The notes: generated from the letters alone by a model not told the origin. DNA of 64,000 nucleotides from Candidatus Phycocordibacter aenigmaticus (GCA_045401115.1 CP174359.1:122288-186287); one strand, 5' to 3'. Shown: positions 9,993-19,200, counted from the first letter of the stretch. A program made the numbers and translations.

Positions 9993-10280
9993 TTAATTAT
10001 CCGAAAAATCTCCTATCAGTGTGGTACACGATCCTACCCCCATCAATAAAAGAAGTGTGGCGAGTGTTTTAAAGGCGCGGGTTTGCCAAAACTCTTTTTC
10101 CTCAAGAGATTGCGCGTTATTGGCACGTGCAGTGAACGTTTCAAACATGTCGAGAAACCTTCTTCTTATGTGCCCCTCGTGATATTTCTTAGGGAGGTTA
10201 TCATTCGCTGCTCCCTCCTTACTCATACCGGCCTCTTTAACCTTTGATTTCAATTCCCATCGAACGCGCGGTTCCTTCAA
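9993..10280 (-). CDS. Hypothetical small protein with a C-terminal hydrophobic segment
   Basis: 95-aa ORF; no recognisable motif; the start is uncertain. Confidence 0.3.
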   Translation of the reverse strand: MKEPRVRWELKSKVKEAGMSKEGAANDNLPKKYHEGHIRRRFLDMFETFTARANNAQSLEEKEFWQTRAFKTLATLLLLMGVGSCTTLIGDFSDN

Positions 10281-10662
10281 GAATTTTCATCCCCTCCTCT
10301 ACATCATCAGTATTGAGGTCAGGTAGTTTCATCTCTACTGCCTCTTTCAACTGAGCGCGAGTAAGTGAACCTGCTTTCTGAGTTGGCGTCTTTCCTGATC
10401 CTTTATCTTTACCAAGCAGTTTAAGAAGAATACGTGAAGCCGGTGGCTGTTTGAGAATAAAATCAAATGTACGGTCTTCATATACCGTAATGATTGCAGG
10501 AATAATATTCCCCCGCATCTCTTGAGTCTGAGAGTTAAACTGGTTAATGAATTCACCAATGTTAATGCCAGCAGGACCCAGCACGGTACCAAGAGGAGGA
10601 GCTGGTGTTGCGGCGCCTGCAGGTGCCTGAATCTTAATTACTTTTGTTACTTTTTTAGCCAT
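10237..10662 (-). CDS. rplK: Ribosomal protein L11
   Basis: 141 aa; MAKKVTKVIKIQAPAG...PPLGTVLGPAGINI. Confidence 0.93.
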   Translation of the reverse strand: MAKKVTKVIKIQAPAGAATPAPPLGTVLGPAGINIGEFINQFNSQTQEMRGNIIPAIITVYEDRTFDFILKQPPASRILLKLLGKDKGSGKTPTQKAGSLTRAQLKEAVEMKLPDLNTDDVEEGMKILEGTARSMGIEIKG

Positions 10663-10682
10663 AGTTAGTGTTCGTATATTAC

Positions 10683-11225
10683 CTAAATTTTCCGTACTTG
10701 CAAGAAATCGAGCTCAACGGGAGTCTCCCTACCAAACATAGAGACCAATACTTGAATCTTACCCTTATCCTCATCAATCTCACCAATGCGTCCTTCAAGA
10801 TCTTTAAACGGTCCATCAGTGACGGTTACCGGCTCACCAACCACAAAATCAATCTTATGTTTTGCGGTATCTGTCTGCATGCGCTTGAAGAGCGAATCAA
10901 GCTCTTCTTGTGAAAGAGGTACGGGGGTTGTACCAGCGCCAACGAAGCCGGTTACCCGTGGCGTGTTACGCACCACAAACCAGCTCTCATCGTCTACCGC
11001 CATATCAACAAGAATATATCCAGGGTAGATTTTTTCTTCAACCGTCTGACGCTTTCCTCCAACCACTTTAATTTTCTTCTCGGTAGGAATAACGACATCA
11101 AAAATCTTGTCCTGCATACCAAGTGAATCAATACGCTGCTTCAGGTTACGCATCACCGCATTTTCATACCCTGAATAGGTGTGCACTGCGTACCATCCTC
11201 GTTCTCCTTGTATTTGTTTAGCCAT
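10683..11225 (-). CDS. nusG: Transcription antitermination factor NusG
   Basis: [14 protein letters not shown]...; KOW region [22 protein letters not shown]; start at MAKQIQ. Confidence 0.9.
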   Translation of the reverse strand: MAKQIQGERGWYAVHTYSGYENAVMRNLKQRIDSLGMQDKIFDVVIPTEKKIKVVGGKRQTVEEKIYPGYILVDMAVDDESWFVVRNTPRVTGFVGAGTTPVPLSQEELDSLFKRMQTDTAKHKIDFVVGEPVTVTDGPFKDLEGRIGEIDEDKGKIQVLVSMFGRETPVELDFLQVRKI

Positions 11226-11238
11226 ACCAATATTCTCC

Positions 11239-11421
11239 TTAGCGAATAATCCACTCAGTAGCGAGCGTAAATACATAATCAAGTGCACCAAGCATACCCG
11301 CTACGAAAAGCGAGATCGCGATTACTAACGCGGTGTACCCAACTGCCTGTGGCACTGTCGGCCATTTCACGTGGGTCATTTCTGCACGTACTCCTGAAAG
11401 ATAGTCTAGGAAACTTTTCAT
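11239..11421 (-). CDS. secE: Preprotein translocase subunit SecE
   Basis: 60 aa with a single TM segment; conserved position upstream of nusG-rplK. Confidence 0.8.
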   Translation of the reverse strand: MKSFLDYLSGVRAEMTHVKWPTVPQAVGYTALVIAISLFVAGMLGALDYVFTLATEWIIR

Positions 11422-11525
11422 ATAGTGTTCTATTTAAAAAGGCCCTTCCCGGGCCTTTTTAGATACTACCGTATGTTAAAGCACTCGTCAAACATACCCC
11501 TTTTAAGAGGCTGTGTGACCATGCT

Positions 11526-12314
11526 TTACCGAATTTCGTAGGTAATTGAAACGTTCACTCTTATTTCATCTTCACCTACCGGCAAACTTGGCGCTGCACC
11601 ACCTTTACCGTCAGCGCTACTCATGAATGCACGCTCTTCCATAGCATAGTATGTTGGTGAACCACCACTATTCTCCCAGAAGCCGGTTACACGGACCAAG
11701 CGTACACGAAGATCACTGGCCAGCTCTTTTGCTTTAGCGCGCGCGTCGTCAATCGCCATTTCACGTGCTTCAGCAAGCAGTGCATCAGGATCATCCACAG
11801 TGAAGGATGGACCTGAAAGGTTTGACACTCCTGCACCACCGAGCGCACTTAACACTTCCCCAGCTTTTTCAGTATCACGCACTTTTACTGCAACCGTTTG
11901 ACTGGTGCGATACCCAATCACCCGACGTTCATACTCCGGACATACACCACCGAAACAAGGCTGTGCCTGGTTGTATTTTGGTGAAACATTATATGATGTT
12001 GTTTTGACATCGCGCTCTTCAATACCGAGTTCCTCAACAAGCGCCAACGCAGTGTTTGTTTTTTGCGTTGCTTTCTCCTGAGCCTGTGCAACCGTGTCAC
12101 CCTCTTCAGTAACAGTAAACGTAATACGTGCAATATCAGGAACAGTAAGTACAGTTCCTTCACCTTCTACGGTAATCACGTTACTTTGATGCGCAGGTCG
12201 TGGTTCAAATAAATCGCGCACAGTACCTATCGCCTGCAACCCAAGAAGGAGTGATGCGGCTAACAGTAATACAGCGACGAGTTTTTCAATACGAGTACTT
12301 TCAAATAGTTTCAT
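11526..12314 (-). CDS. SIMPL-domain (DUF541-like) secreted/periplasmic protein
   Basis: Signal/TM at the N-terminus (MKLFESTRIEKLVAVLLLAASLLL); TVEGEGTVLTVPDIARITFTV...; overall SIMPL-like pattern. Confidence 0.55.
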   Translation of the reverse strand: MKLFESTRIEKLVAVLLLAASLLLGLQAIGTVRDLFEPRPAHQSNVITVEGEGTVLTVPDIARITFTVTEEGDTVAQAQEKATQKTNTALALVEELGIEERDVKTTSYNVSPKYNQAQPCFGGVCPEYERRVIGYRTSQTVAVKVRDTEKAGEVLSALGGAGVSNLSGPSFTVDDPDALLAEAREMAIDDARAKAKELASDLRVRLVRVTGFWENSGGSPTYYAMEERAFMSSADGKGGAAPSLPVGEDEIRVNVSITYEIR

Positions 12315-12458
12315 TGTCTTTGATTTTTTAATATAGGCTAATACCGAAAGTGTAGCATGAGGCACGAGTCTGCTCCACGTTATACTCTATCCACAGATTA
12401 GTAAAAACCGGCAACATGCCGGTTTTTATAGAAAAACAAATCCTATTTCAGAGACATA

Positions 12459-12863
12459 TTACCCATGGTAATGCTCGTCGTCAGCATCCGCCTCTGCTTT
12501 TGTAGCGTGCACTACCCCTTCGGCGTGCTCCGGTGGAGTGTAAATAGTGTAGAGTTTCAGCTCTGTCGTCGTTGATGTATTAACGATGTTGTGATTAGTA
12601 CCTTTCGGTACAATCACCACACTGCCATCGCCCAGTGTAAATTCTTGATCATCAAGAATCGCTTTCCCTTCCCCTGCTTCAATGCGCACGAACTGGTCGA
12701 GCTCATTATGAACTTCCATACCAATCTCTTCACCAGGCTTAAGACTCATTACCACTAATTGCAGTCGCGGGTCAGTGTAGAGCACTGTTCTAAAATTTTC
12801 ATTTTCGATCGCTGTCTTTTCTATATTTTCGTTGTAGTACATAGAGCTTAGTATAACAAACAC
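12459..12863 (-). CDS. Cupin-domain protein
   Basis: 134 aa; cupin motifs G(x)5HxH-like (GMEVHNELDQFVRIEAG ... VIVPKGTNHNIVN). Confidence 0.6.
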   Translation of the reverse strand: MFVILSSMYYNENIEKTAIENENFRTVLYTDPRLQLVVMSLKPGEEIGMEVHNELDQFVRIEAGEGKAILDDQEFTLGDGSVVIVPKGTNHNIVNTSTTTELKLYTIYTPPEHAEGVVHATKAEADADDEHYHG

Positions 12864-12880
12864 TCTTAAACACGTACTGT

Positions 12881-13111
12881 TTAATGACGATGCAAAAGAT
12901 GACGAACAAATGCCCTTGGGTTATCAATTTCGTGGCGCAGAAAAAACCACAGCATATGTGCTATCAACAAAATAGCGTGAAGCATCAATGAAAGACCGGT
13001 TGCTGTTAACAGCGAGCCGGTGTTAATCCATAAAAAGATATTGGTAATAACAAAGGCAATAATACGCCATTCAAGTGATGCATAGAAAGAATGGAGTATT
13101 TTGTTTCGCAT
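12881..13111 (-). CDS. Small hypothetical membrane protein (2 TM)
   Basis: 76 aa, hydrophobic. Confidence 0.35.
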   Translation of the reverse strand: MRNKILHSFYASLEWRIIAFVITNIFLWINTGSLLTATGLSLMLHAILLIAHMLWFFLRHEIDNPRAFVRHLLHRH

Positions 13112-13182
13112 AATGTACCTAAATAGTAGAAGTTACTCTTACCGTAACGCATACTACGCGCGCTGCAACCGCTTATGCACAC

Positions 13183-14271
13183 TTATTGCAATGTCGTGGT
13201 CTTTGTAACAGCCGACGTATCTGTCTGTACAATGTTTAGACGAGCACGCCCTATCACTTTCCCACTCGTTGTTTCAACCGACACACGCCAGACTCCTGGC
13301 GCCGGCTGTGTGGTAAATGAGTACCCACGATACCCGCCACTCCTTCCGCCTACAATAGGAAAATGGACCGTATTTTTTGTTACCCACGTCTTTGTCTTGG
13401 TGTTGTAATATTCCCACCGATGCACTACGTCGGTATTAATTTTTGTTGGTGCAAAAACCGCCGTATACACATACGCCGCCTCTCCTGTTGCCAGGCGTAA
13501 CTCATCTCCGGTAAAGTCAAAATATCGTGCTAAGAAGCCGTCTTTTTCCTCTCGTACATGGTAGGTATCACCCACCCGACTCACTTCATAGTAAAAATCA
13601 ATATCTTTAAGCGCCAATGGAATCGGCGGTATCAGATTCGTAACGTACAGCGCCACCATAACGGTCAATACCGCAATACCGGCACGTTTTATCCCCGTTT
13701 GATGCTCCTCGTAAGATTCTTTTGCCACCAAACGCAGTGCGGTGCGAAACAAAGCAAAAACTGCTACGGCGACAATCATGCTAATAACAAACGTGAACGT
13801 GTTAATAGACCCAAACAGAATCGGCAACAGCAACGCCGTATACAACATCAGGTTAAGAAAAAAGAGTGTCGTTTGAAACAATAAACGATACCGCTTCAAT
13901 TTCAGTGCTTCGTTTCCAATGGCAGCCAACGCAACCAACACCAAAAACGGCCAGCTCTGTGCAATAGAACCACTTGCTGAATACAAAATTAAAAATGCCG
14001 AGAGCAGGTTACCCATTGAGTATTGTTGAAGCACCGGTAACCATGACCGTACTTTGGTGAAAAAACTATCCCGCTCCTCAAAAGGAGCAGAAAGTACAAT
14101 AATCGTTCCCGCCACGATACAGATATGGACCGAGAGAATAATGAGCGCGATACTCAGGTTAAGACTGCGGAACGTTATCAGATCAACAAAGAATCCAAAG
14201 ACCAACGCGACCGTCGCGAGGCGATGTTTGTATCGTTGAATGCCGTTTATGAGTTGTTTCATCTGTATCAA
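13183..14271 (-). CDS. Hypothetical polytopic membrane protein with a C-terminal soluble beta-rich domain
   Basis: 362-aa ORF; ~5 TM helices in the N-terminal 210 aa. Confidence 0.5.
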   Translation of the reverse strand: MIQMKQLINGIQRYKHRLATVALVFGFFVDLITFRSLNLSIALIILSVHICIVAGTIIVLSAPFEERDSFFTKVRSWLPVLQQYSMGNLLSAFLILYSASGSIAQSWPFLVLVALAAIGNEALKLKRYRLLFQTTLFFLNLMLYTALLLPILFGSINTFTFVISMIVAVAVFALFRTALRLVAKESYEEHQTGIKRAGIAVLTVMVALYVTNLIPPIPLALKDIDFYYEVSRVGDTYHVREEKDGFLARYFDFTGDELRLATGEAAYVYTAVFAPTKINTDVVHRWEYYNTKTKTWVTKNTVHFPIVGGRSGGYRGYSFTTQPAPGVWRVSVETTSGKVIGRARLNIVQTDTSAVTKTTTLQ

Positions 14272-14511
14272 CTATACCGCTTATTTCACTCCCATAAAAA
14301 TAACTCGCCTGAAGCGAGTTATGTATGGGGTGGGAACGGGATTCGGCGTCAGTGGACTGATGGGAATCTCACTGCTCGGCGTATTCTCGCCTGCGCTCAC
14401 GAAACCCACGGTTTCGTGGACTTCCTCCACGGGGGAACACCCAGTTCCCCCGACCCCCTTTCTGGTTCGAATCCCATCGAACACCGCAGCATTCACTGCG
14501 TTCATGTCTTG

Positions 14512-14586
14512 GGGTGGTCGATGGGATTCGAACCCACAACCGCTGGCACCACAAACCAGAGCTCTACCGTTGAGCTACGACCACCA
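14512..14586 (-). tRNA. tRNA-His (anticodon GTG), with encoded G-1
   Basis: Revcomp GGTGGTCGTAGCTCAACGGTAGAGCTCTGGTTTGTGGTGCCAGCGGTTGTGGGTTCGAATCCCATCGACCACCC. Cloverleaf with 8-bp acceptor, anticodon loop TTGTGGT, T-loop TTCGAAT. Confidence 0.85.
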
Positions 14587-14624
14587 TGAACGGTGCTTAA
14601 TCAAACCTGACCAAGCAAACCGTG

Positions 14625-14708
14625 TGCGCAAGAGAGGACTCGAACCTCCACGACCTAATGGTCACAGGCCCCTCAAGCCTGCGCGTCTACCAATTCCGCC
14701 ACTTGCGC
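14625..14708 (-). tRNA. tRNA-Leu (anticodon GAG), long variable arm
   Basis: Revcomp GCGCAAGTGGCGGAATTGGTAGACGCGCAGGCTTGAGGGGCCTG + variable arm TGACCATTAGGTCGT + T-arm GGAGGTTCGAGTCCTCT + CTTGCGCA. Confidence 0.85.
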
Positions 14709-14724
14709 GTTTTTGTATTCTTAT

Positions 14725-15381
14725 CTATTTTAACTTGTTTTGCAAGGACAGACACAAAAAAAGAGGCCTATGCCTCTTTTTCTCTTCTTCCTCTGAAGGT
14801 TTTTCTTCTTCAGGTTCCTGTTCCTCGCTTTCTTTTTCTGCTTCTTCTGCGGGAGCGGGAGTTTCTTCTGGTGCCTCCTCAGCTTGTGTTGCTTCCTCTG
14901 CTGCCTTTTCTGCTGCTTCCTTCTCAGCGGCTTCAGCGGCAGCTTTTTCTTCAGCGTCTTTCGCTTCCTGCTCCTTACGCTCTCCTAGTTCACGTTCAGA
15001 TTCAGTGGTCAGCGTCACGAGTTTCATGTTACGCAACTGACGGCGAATCTCACGAGCAACCTTGTCTCGAATATAATAGAGTTTTGCACGACGTACCTTA
15101 GAACGACGGATTACTTCAATTTTATCAATAAGTGGAGAAAAAAGTGGAAACACCTTTTCAACGCCAACACCGGACATGGTCGCGCGTACGGTAAACGTCC
15201 CCCCTGGCTCATTGCCGTGTTTACGGGTAAGAACCAATCCTTCAAAGACCTGGATACGTGTCTTTCCTTTTTCTTGAATTTTCTGGTGCACGCGCACTGT
15301 GTCTCCAGCGCGGAGTCCCAAATTCTTACGCCCCTCCACGTCTACGGGAGAGATTTGTGTTGCTTCTAGTTGAACGGTCAT
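14725..15381 (-). CDS. rplS: Ribosomal protein L19 with a ~100-aa acidic low-complexity C-terminal extension
   Basis: N-terminal 115 aa include [10 protein letters not shown] and TFTVR (L19). The C-terminus is E/A/K-rich ([17 protein letters not shown]...). Confidence 0.85.
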   Translation of the reverse strand: MTVQLEATQISPVDVEGRKNLGLRAGDTVRVHQKIQEKGKTRIQVFEGLVLTRKHGNEPGGTFTVRATMSGVGVEKVFPLFSPLIDKIEVIRRSKVRRAKLYYIRDKVAREIRRQLRNMKLVTLTTESERELGERKEQEAKDAEEKAAAEAAEKEAAEKAAEEATQAEEAPEETPAPAEEAEKESEEQEPEEEKPSEEEEKKRHRPLFLCLSLQNKLK

Positions 15382-15411
15382 GTAGCAGCAAAAATACCAC
15401 GCATCCTGATT

Positions 15412-16161
15412 TTAGGCAATATCCGCTATACGACGCTCTGCCTCAATAAAATCTTTCGGCAGTGGTGCGGTAAACGTTTCTTGAGGTCCTGAAGGCAAGG
15501 TAAGCGTGATCGCGCTCGCGTGAAGCGCCAATCGTTCAAACCCCAGTGCGCTCTTTTTCTTAGGCGCATACAACCCATCACACACAATAGGGTTCCCCAC
15601 TGCTTTCAAGTGCACACGCAACTGGTGCATACGTCCGGTTTTAGGGGTAAGGGTAAGGTACGTATGTTCATTACCACGGGCAATGACCGCGTAGCGTGTT
15701 TCAGCATCCCGCAGTGGTGGCTTGGCGCCAAACTCAGCAGAGCGTTTACGAAAATCACCTCGGGAACGCCCAATCGGTTTATCAATAACTCCGGAATCAT
15801 CTTTCATGCGTCCCCACACGAACGCGCGGTACTCTTTTTCAACCAGTCGGTCTTGAAATTGTGCTTTCAGATGTGTAAACGCCTCTTGGTTTCTTGCGAG
15901 CACCAACACACCACTCGTTCCTTTATCCAAACGATGCACGATGCCGGGGCGGTCAATCACGGTGCCGTTAGTAAGGGTCAACGGCTCCCCCACACCCTGT
16001 GCATCGGGGTAGTGTTCAACAAACCAATCAGCAAGTGTGTATTCGTCTCGCTTCCCATCCTTGTGAGTCGTCATACCCGATGGCTTTGCCACCACGCACA
16101 CATCCTCATCTTCAAAAATGATTGAAACGCTACGCGCCGTATCGTCGGTTTCTTTTTCCAT
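15412..16161 (-). CDS. RluA-family pseudouridine synthase
   Basis: 249 aa; catalytic HRLDKGTSGVLVLARN motif. Confidence 0.85.
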   Translation of the reverse strand: MEKETDDTARSVSIIFEDEDVCVVAKPSGMTTHKDGKRDEYTLADWFVEHYPDAQGVGEPLTLTNGTVIDRPGIVHRLDKGTSGVLVLARNQEAFTHLKAQFQDRLVEKEYRAFVWGRMKDDSGVIDKPIGRSRGDFRKRSAEFGAKPPLRDAETRYAVIARGNEHTYLTLTPKTGRMHQLRVHLKAVGNPIVCDGLYAPKKKSALGFERLALHASAITLTLPSGPQETFTAPLPKDFIEAERRIADIA

Positions 16162-16810
16162 ATGCCTTTAGAATATCCTGAAATTCCTCTTGAGAGAACT
16201 CCGGCCAAAATGTATCGGTAAAAAACAACTCACTGTAGGCCGCCTGCCACGGCAAAAAATTAGAAAGGCGTTTCTCGCCACCAGTGCGAATAATAATATC
16301 CGGATCAGGCGCATGACTCGTCCACAAAAGCTCAGCGAACTCCTCTTCACTCACTGACACCCCTCGCGCTATCGCCTGGTTAGTCGCCGCAACGATTTCT
16401 GCGCGCCCTCCATACGGCGCAGCGATGGTAAATGAGTACTCTTTATGATGTGCTGTTTCGTTTTCTAAATCAGTCACTGCCTCGGCAAGATCTTTAGGAA
16501 GCCGCGCACGGTCGCCAGCAAATACTACCCGTACCGGAAACTCCTTAAGGCGCGCGCGAATATCTTTCACTGCCCGACGAAATAAATCAAAAAGATACGT
16601 TACCTCTTCTTCTGATCGTTTTAAATTCTCAGTTGAAAGCGCGTACGCGGTCACATGTTTCACCTCCGCATCGCGCGCCCATTGAAGGAGTTCAAGGAGT
16701 TTTTTATACCCACGCGTGTGCCCCTCATAGCTGGCCAATCCCTGCTCCCGTGCCCAGCGTCGATTGCCATCCATAATAACGCCGATAGATTGTGGTGCAG
16801 TACTATTCAT
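16130..16810 (-). CDS. uppS: Undecaprenyl diphosphate synthase (cis-prenyltransferase)
   Basis: 226 aa; GVIMDGNRRWAREQGL motif. Confidence 0.9.
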   Translation of the reverse strand: MNSTAPQSIGVIMDGNRRWAREQGLASYEGHTRGYKKLLELLQWARDAEVKHVTAYALSTENLKRSEEEVTYLFDLFRRAVKDIRARLKEFPVRVVFAGDRARLPKDLAEAVTDLENETAHHKEYSFTIAAPYGGRAEIVAATNQAIARGVSVSEEEFAELLWTSHAPDPDIIIRTGGEKRLSNFLPWQAAYSELFFTDTFWPEFSQEEFQDILKAYGKRNRRYGA

Positions 16811-17091
16811 GAATAACGAATTATAAAATCAGTATGTATACCTGTTGCTAAACCCCACTCACTCTCTACTGTATGTACAACTGCCTGGGATGAGCCTTCT
16901 TCCAAGTGACCAAGAAGTGTTTGAAGTCGGTCGCGATCACTTTCGGCATACACAAACACACTCCCGTCTTCTTTATTCATTACTTCTCCCACGACACCAA
17001 GGTTACGCGCCTCTCGTTGTACAAAATCGCGAAAAAATACTCCTTGCACCTCTCCAACAACTGTCGCGGAAAGCGAAACACCCTTCGCCAT
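16807..17091 (-). CDS. acyP: Acylphosphatase
   Basis: 94 aa; VVGEVQGVFFRDFV motif. Confidence 0.8.
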   Translation of the reverse strand: MAKGVSLSATVVGEVQGVFFRDFVQREARNLGVVGEVMNKEDGSVFVYAESDRDRLQTLLGHLEEGSSQAVVHTVESEWGLATGIHTDFIIRYS

Positions 17092-17094
17092 AGA

Positions 17095-17424
17095 CTACTC
17101 AATCTCGCTCTTAAGTCGCGTGAGCCATTTATCATCAAGCGCTTTTTCAATATCAATACCTTCACTATCGGCAAACAAAAGAAGAAATCCAAGCACGTCC
17201 GCAAATTCTTTCTCAAATTCTGTACGAATCTCTTCGTCAGAAAGTCCTTTCTTTCGTCCACGCCCGGTATACATTAAGTACGCTTGCAAACACTCTCCCC
17301 ACTCTTCCGTCATCTTAAACGGATAGTAGTCACGGTCTACTTGCACATCAGGAAAATCCTGTTGATAGCGATGCATCACTTTTTTTACCTGCGCGGTCAG
17401 TTCACTGAGTGATTTATTTGACAT
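17095..17424 (-). CDS. MazG-like nucleotide pyrophosphohydrolase (paralog 3)
   Basis: 109 aa; EFADVLGFLLLFADSEGIDIEKAL motif of the all-alpha NTP-PPase fold. Confidence 0.55.
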   Translation of the reverse strand: MSNKSLSELTAQVKKVMHRYQQDFPDVQVDRDYYPFKMTEEWGECLQAYLMYTGRGRKKGLSDEEIRTEFEKEFADVLGFLLLFADSEGIDIEKALDDKWLTRLKSEIE

Positions 17425-17447
17425 AGTTTTTTATAGTATTCACCGTA

Positions 17448-17828
17448 TTAAAATAAACGACTGCCATTGGGCACCGGCTTCTCGGGTGAAGTTAACACAA
17501 TATCACCTTGTTCGTCGGCAAAGCCAGTCACCAGACACTCTGACATAAAGGGACCGACCTGTTTAGGGGGAAAGTTGATCACGGCAAGTACCTGCCTACC
17601 CACCAAATCTTCTTTTGAATAGTGCTTCGTTATTTGTGCGCTCGATTTTTTAGTACCAATCTCTTCACCGAAATCTATTTCGAGCTTATACGCCGGTTTC
17701 CGTGCTTCAGGAAAATCCTGTACATCAACGACAGTCCCCACGCGCAGATCCACCTTCTCAAAGTCGCCCCAGCTTATTTCGTTCATACTCATATATGGAT
17801 TGTAACAAAGCCGATGCTCCTCCACCAT
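17448..17828 (-). CDS. tRNA-binding domain protein (CsaA/Trbp111-like, Myf/EMAP fold)
   Basis: FEKVDLRVGTVVDVQDFPEARKPAYKLEIDFGEE...VLAVINFPPKQVG. Confidence 0.7.
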   Translation of the reverse strand: MVEEHRLCYNPYMSMNEISWGDFEKVDLRVGTVVDVQDFPEARKPAYKLEIDFGEEIGTKKSSAQITKHYSKEDLVGRQVLAVINFPPKQVGPFMSECLVTGFADEQGDIVLTSPEKPVPNGSRLF

Positions 17829-17929
17829 AAACGGCTCACCCTATTGAGCCGTTTATGGGACTTCACCTTTTCACTACTTTGTAGTATTCTCTTTACACAC
17901 TCAGCTTAGTGGTTTTCATGAGCTGAGAG

Positions 17930-18052
17930 GTGAATTGAAAATAGAATATAGATATGCGCGATTAGCTCAGTTGGTAGAGGTGAAGAAGGTCTGGGAGACC
18001 TTCGAACCGTTTACACCTGTAAACGAGCTGCGTGACATAGTGGTAAAAAGTA
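17930..18052 (+). pseudogene. Rearranged partial tRNA-Val copy: 24-bp upstream context plus the first 24 nt of tRNA-Val, followed by two hairpins that include the reverse complement of the anticodon arm
   Basis: A ~48-bp direct repeat (gaattgRaaatagaatatagatatgcgcgattagctcagttggtagag) at 17930-17980 and 18053-18101. Between them lie GAAGGTCtgggaGACCTTC and cgtttacacctgtaaacgagctgcg. Confidence 0.5.
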
Positions 18053-18077
18053 AGAATTGGAAATAGAATATAGATAT

Positions 18078-18150
18078 GCGCGATTAGCTCAGTTGGTAGA
18101 GCAGCTCGTTTACACCGAGAAGGTCGGGAGTTCAAGTCTCTCATCGCGCA
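18078..18150 (+). tRNA. tRNA-Val (anticodon TAC)
   Basis: GCGCGATTAGCTCAGTTGGTAGAGCAGCTCGTTTACACCGAGAAGGTCGGGAGTTCAAGTCTCTCATCGCGCA; anticodon loop TTTACAC. Followed by the terminator aaaaagagtccctgcggactcttttt (18159-18186). Confidence 0.85.
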
Positions 18151-18211
18151 CCTGAAACAAAAAGAGTCCCTGCGGACTCTTTTTGTTTACAGGTGCGAGG
18201 CGCAGGCATAT

Positions 18212-18273
18212 TTCATTTTTGTTGTAATTCGTGACAAAAATGAAAAGCCGAGCCTAGACCAAGCACACTTAGT
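18212..18273 (+). repeat. tRNA-associated mosaic repeat, locus 1 (modules U1 hairpin + U2)
   Basis: ttcatttttgttgtaattcgtgacaaaaatgaa (10-bp stem palindrome) + aagccgagcctagaccaagcacacttagt. Homologous copies at 23818-23972, 31897-32003 (inverted), 19116-19162 and 32117-32230. Confidence 0.7.
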
Positions 18274-18385
18274 TCGCGCAGTGTTGCGAAGCAACACGAG
18301 TAGACTTAGTGATGGATGGTCCACGAAAAAAAGCTGCCAGCCTCATCACCAAAAAACAGCATCTCTCGATGCTGTTTTTTCTTAC

Positions 18386-18865
18386 CTATTCCTCCTCTTC
18401 TATCTGCACCTTTTCAAACTCCAGTGCACCACCGCGATTGAGATAAATAAGCACTAATCGCTCTCGGGTGAGTTCTGTAATCGCAAAGTACAGCGGACCT
18501 GAATCATCCTGCATTTCAAGATATACCATTCCAGCTTCTGTTGGATACGGAAATTCCTCAGGTGCATTTTCTGCAGTAAAAATTACCCAAGGACCGTTTG
18601 CTTGTTCTTCCCCTTCATAGCTATCCATATAACCACCGTTCTCATACATAGTTCGGACAAAATTAGGGTCTTCAGTTGACTGCCACACTCCGGCAAGCGA
18701 ACCAATAGAAAGTGGTGAGTCCATCGCTGTCTCATCATTTTCAGACGTTGTTTGTTGTACTTGTTGGTTTTCCTCATCAGAAACCTCTGATGGATTGTTT
18801 GCAAACAAATAGAAACCACCGGCAACAACAATAATTGCGATGATTGGAATAAGTATATTTTTCAT
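18386..18865 (-). CDS. Hypothetical secreted/membrane-anchored acidic protein
   Basis: 159 aa; N-terminal TM/signal MKNILIPIIAIIVVAGGFYLFA; sits between tRNA-associated repeats. Confidence 0.45.
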   Translation of the reverse strand: MKNILIPIIAIIVVAGGFYLFANNPSEVSDEENQQVQQTTSENDETAMDSPLSIGSLAGVWQSTEDPNFVRTMYENGGYMDSYEGEEQANGPWVIFTAENAPEEFPYPTEAGMVYLEMQDDSGPLYFAITELTRERLVLIYLNRGGALEFEKVQIEEEE

Positions 18866-18965
18866 AAAAATAATATTAATGTATATAAAACCAGTGTACC
18901 ACTATAGGAGAAAGGCGGGATGAGGGGTGTATAAAACGAAAGATCCATGTCTCGGAGGGAATGTT

Positions 18966-19062
18966 ACTGCTCAGTTTTGTGTCCTCTGTAGGATCGTCCC
19001 GGAATAGCGGACTTTTTACTGCACCCTGCGGGCACAGAAAAAGCTCTCGCTTTCCTGGATTT
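18966..19062. repeat. ~90-bp direct repeat copy 2 containing a degenerate tRNA-Arg(TCT) 3'-end-like segment (att-like)
   Basis: ttgtgtcctctgtaggatcgtcccggaatagcggactttt...aaaaagctctcgctttcctgga; ~85% identical to 19201-19295. Confidence 0.6.
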
Positions 19063-19115
19063 ACCCACACCTATTTTAAAAATTATTGTAGGAAATCTCA
19101 GTTGGTTTAAAATCA

Positions 19116-19162
19116 TGGTCACCCGTCACTAAGTATAATTGTTCGCCTGCGGCTCCAATTCT
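19116..19162. repeat. tRNA-associated mosaic repeat, locus 2 (inverted U4 + U5)
   Basis: ggtcacccgtcactaagtataattgttcgcctgcggctccaattcta; matches 32117-32165 and the inverse of 23956-23972. Confidence 0.65.
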
Positions 19163-19200
19163 ACAAAACAAAGTTTTGTTTCTTGTAGGAAATCTCACTG

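Noticed and set aside
14328-14510. Considered a tmRNA (ssrA) because of a tRNA-like T-arm sequence and GC-rich hairpins near tRNA genes.
   Set aside because: The 5' and 3' ends cannot form a tmRNA acceptor stem, there is no tag reading frame with a resume codon, and the T-arm-like sequence is an inverted copy of the adjacent tRNA-His.
14240-15040. 266-aa plus-strand ORF with Ser/Ala-rich low-complexity translation.
   Set aside because: It runs straight across tRNA-His and tRNA-Leu and antisense to the rplS acidic tail; it is a compositional artefact.
17962-18144. 60-aa minus-strand ORF.
   Set aside because: It overlaps tRNA-Val and its pseudo-copy.
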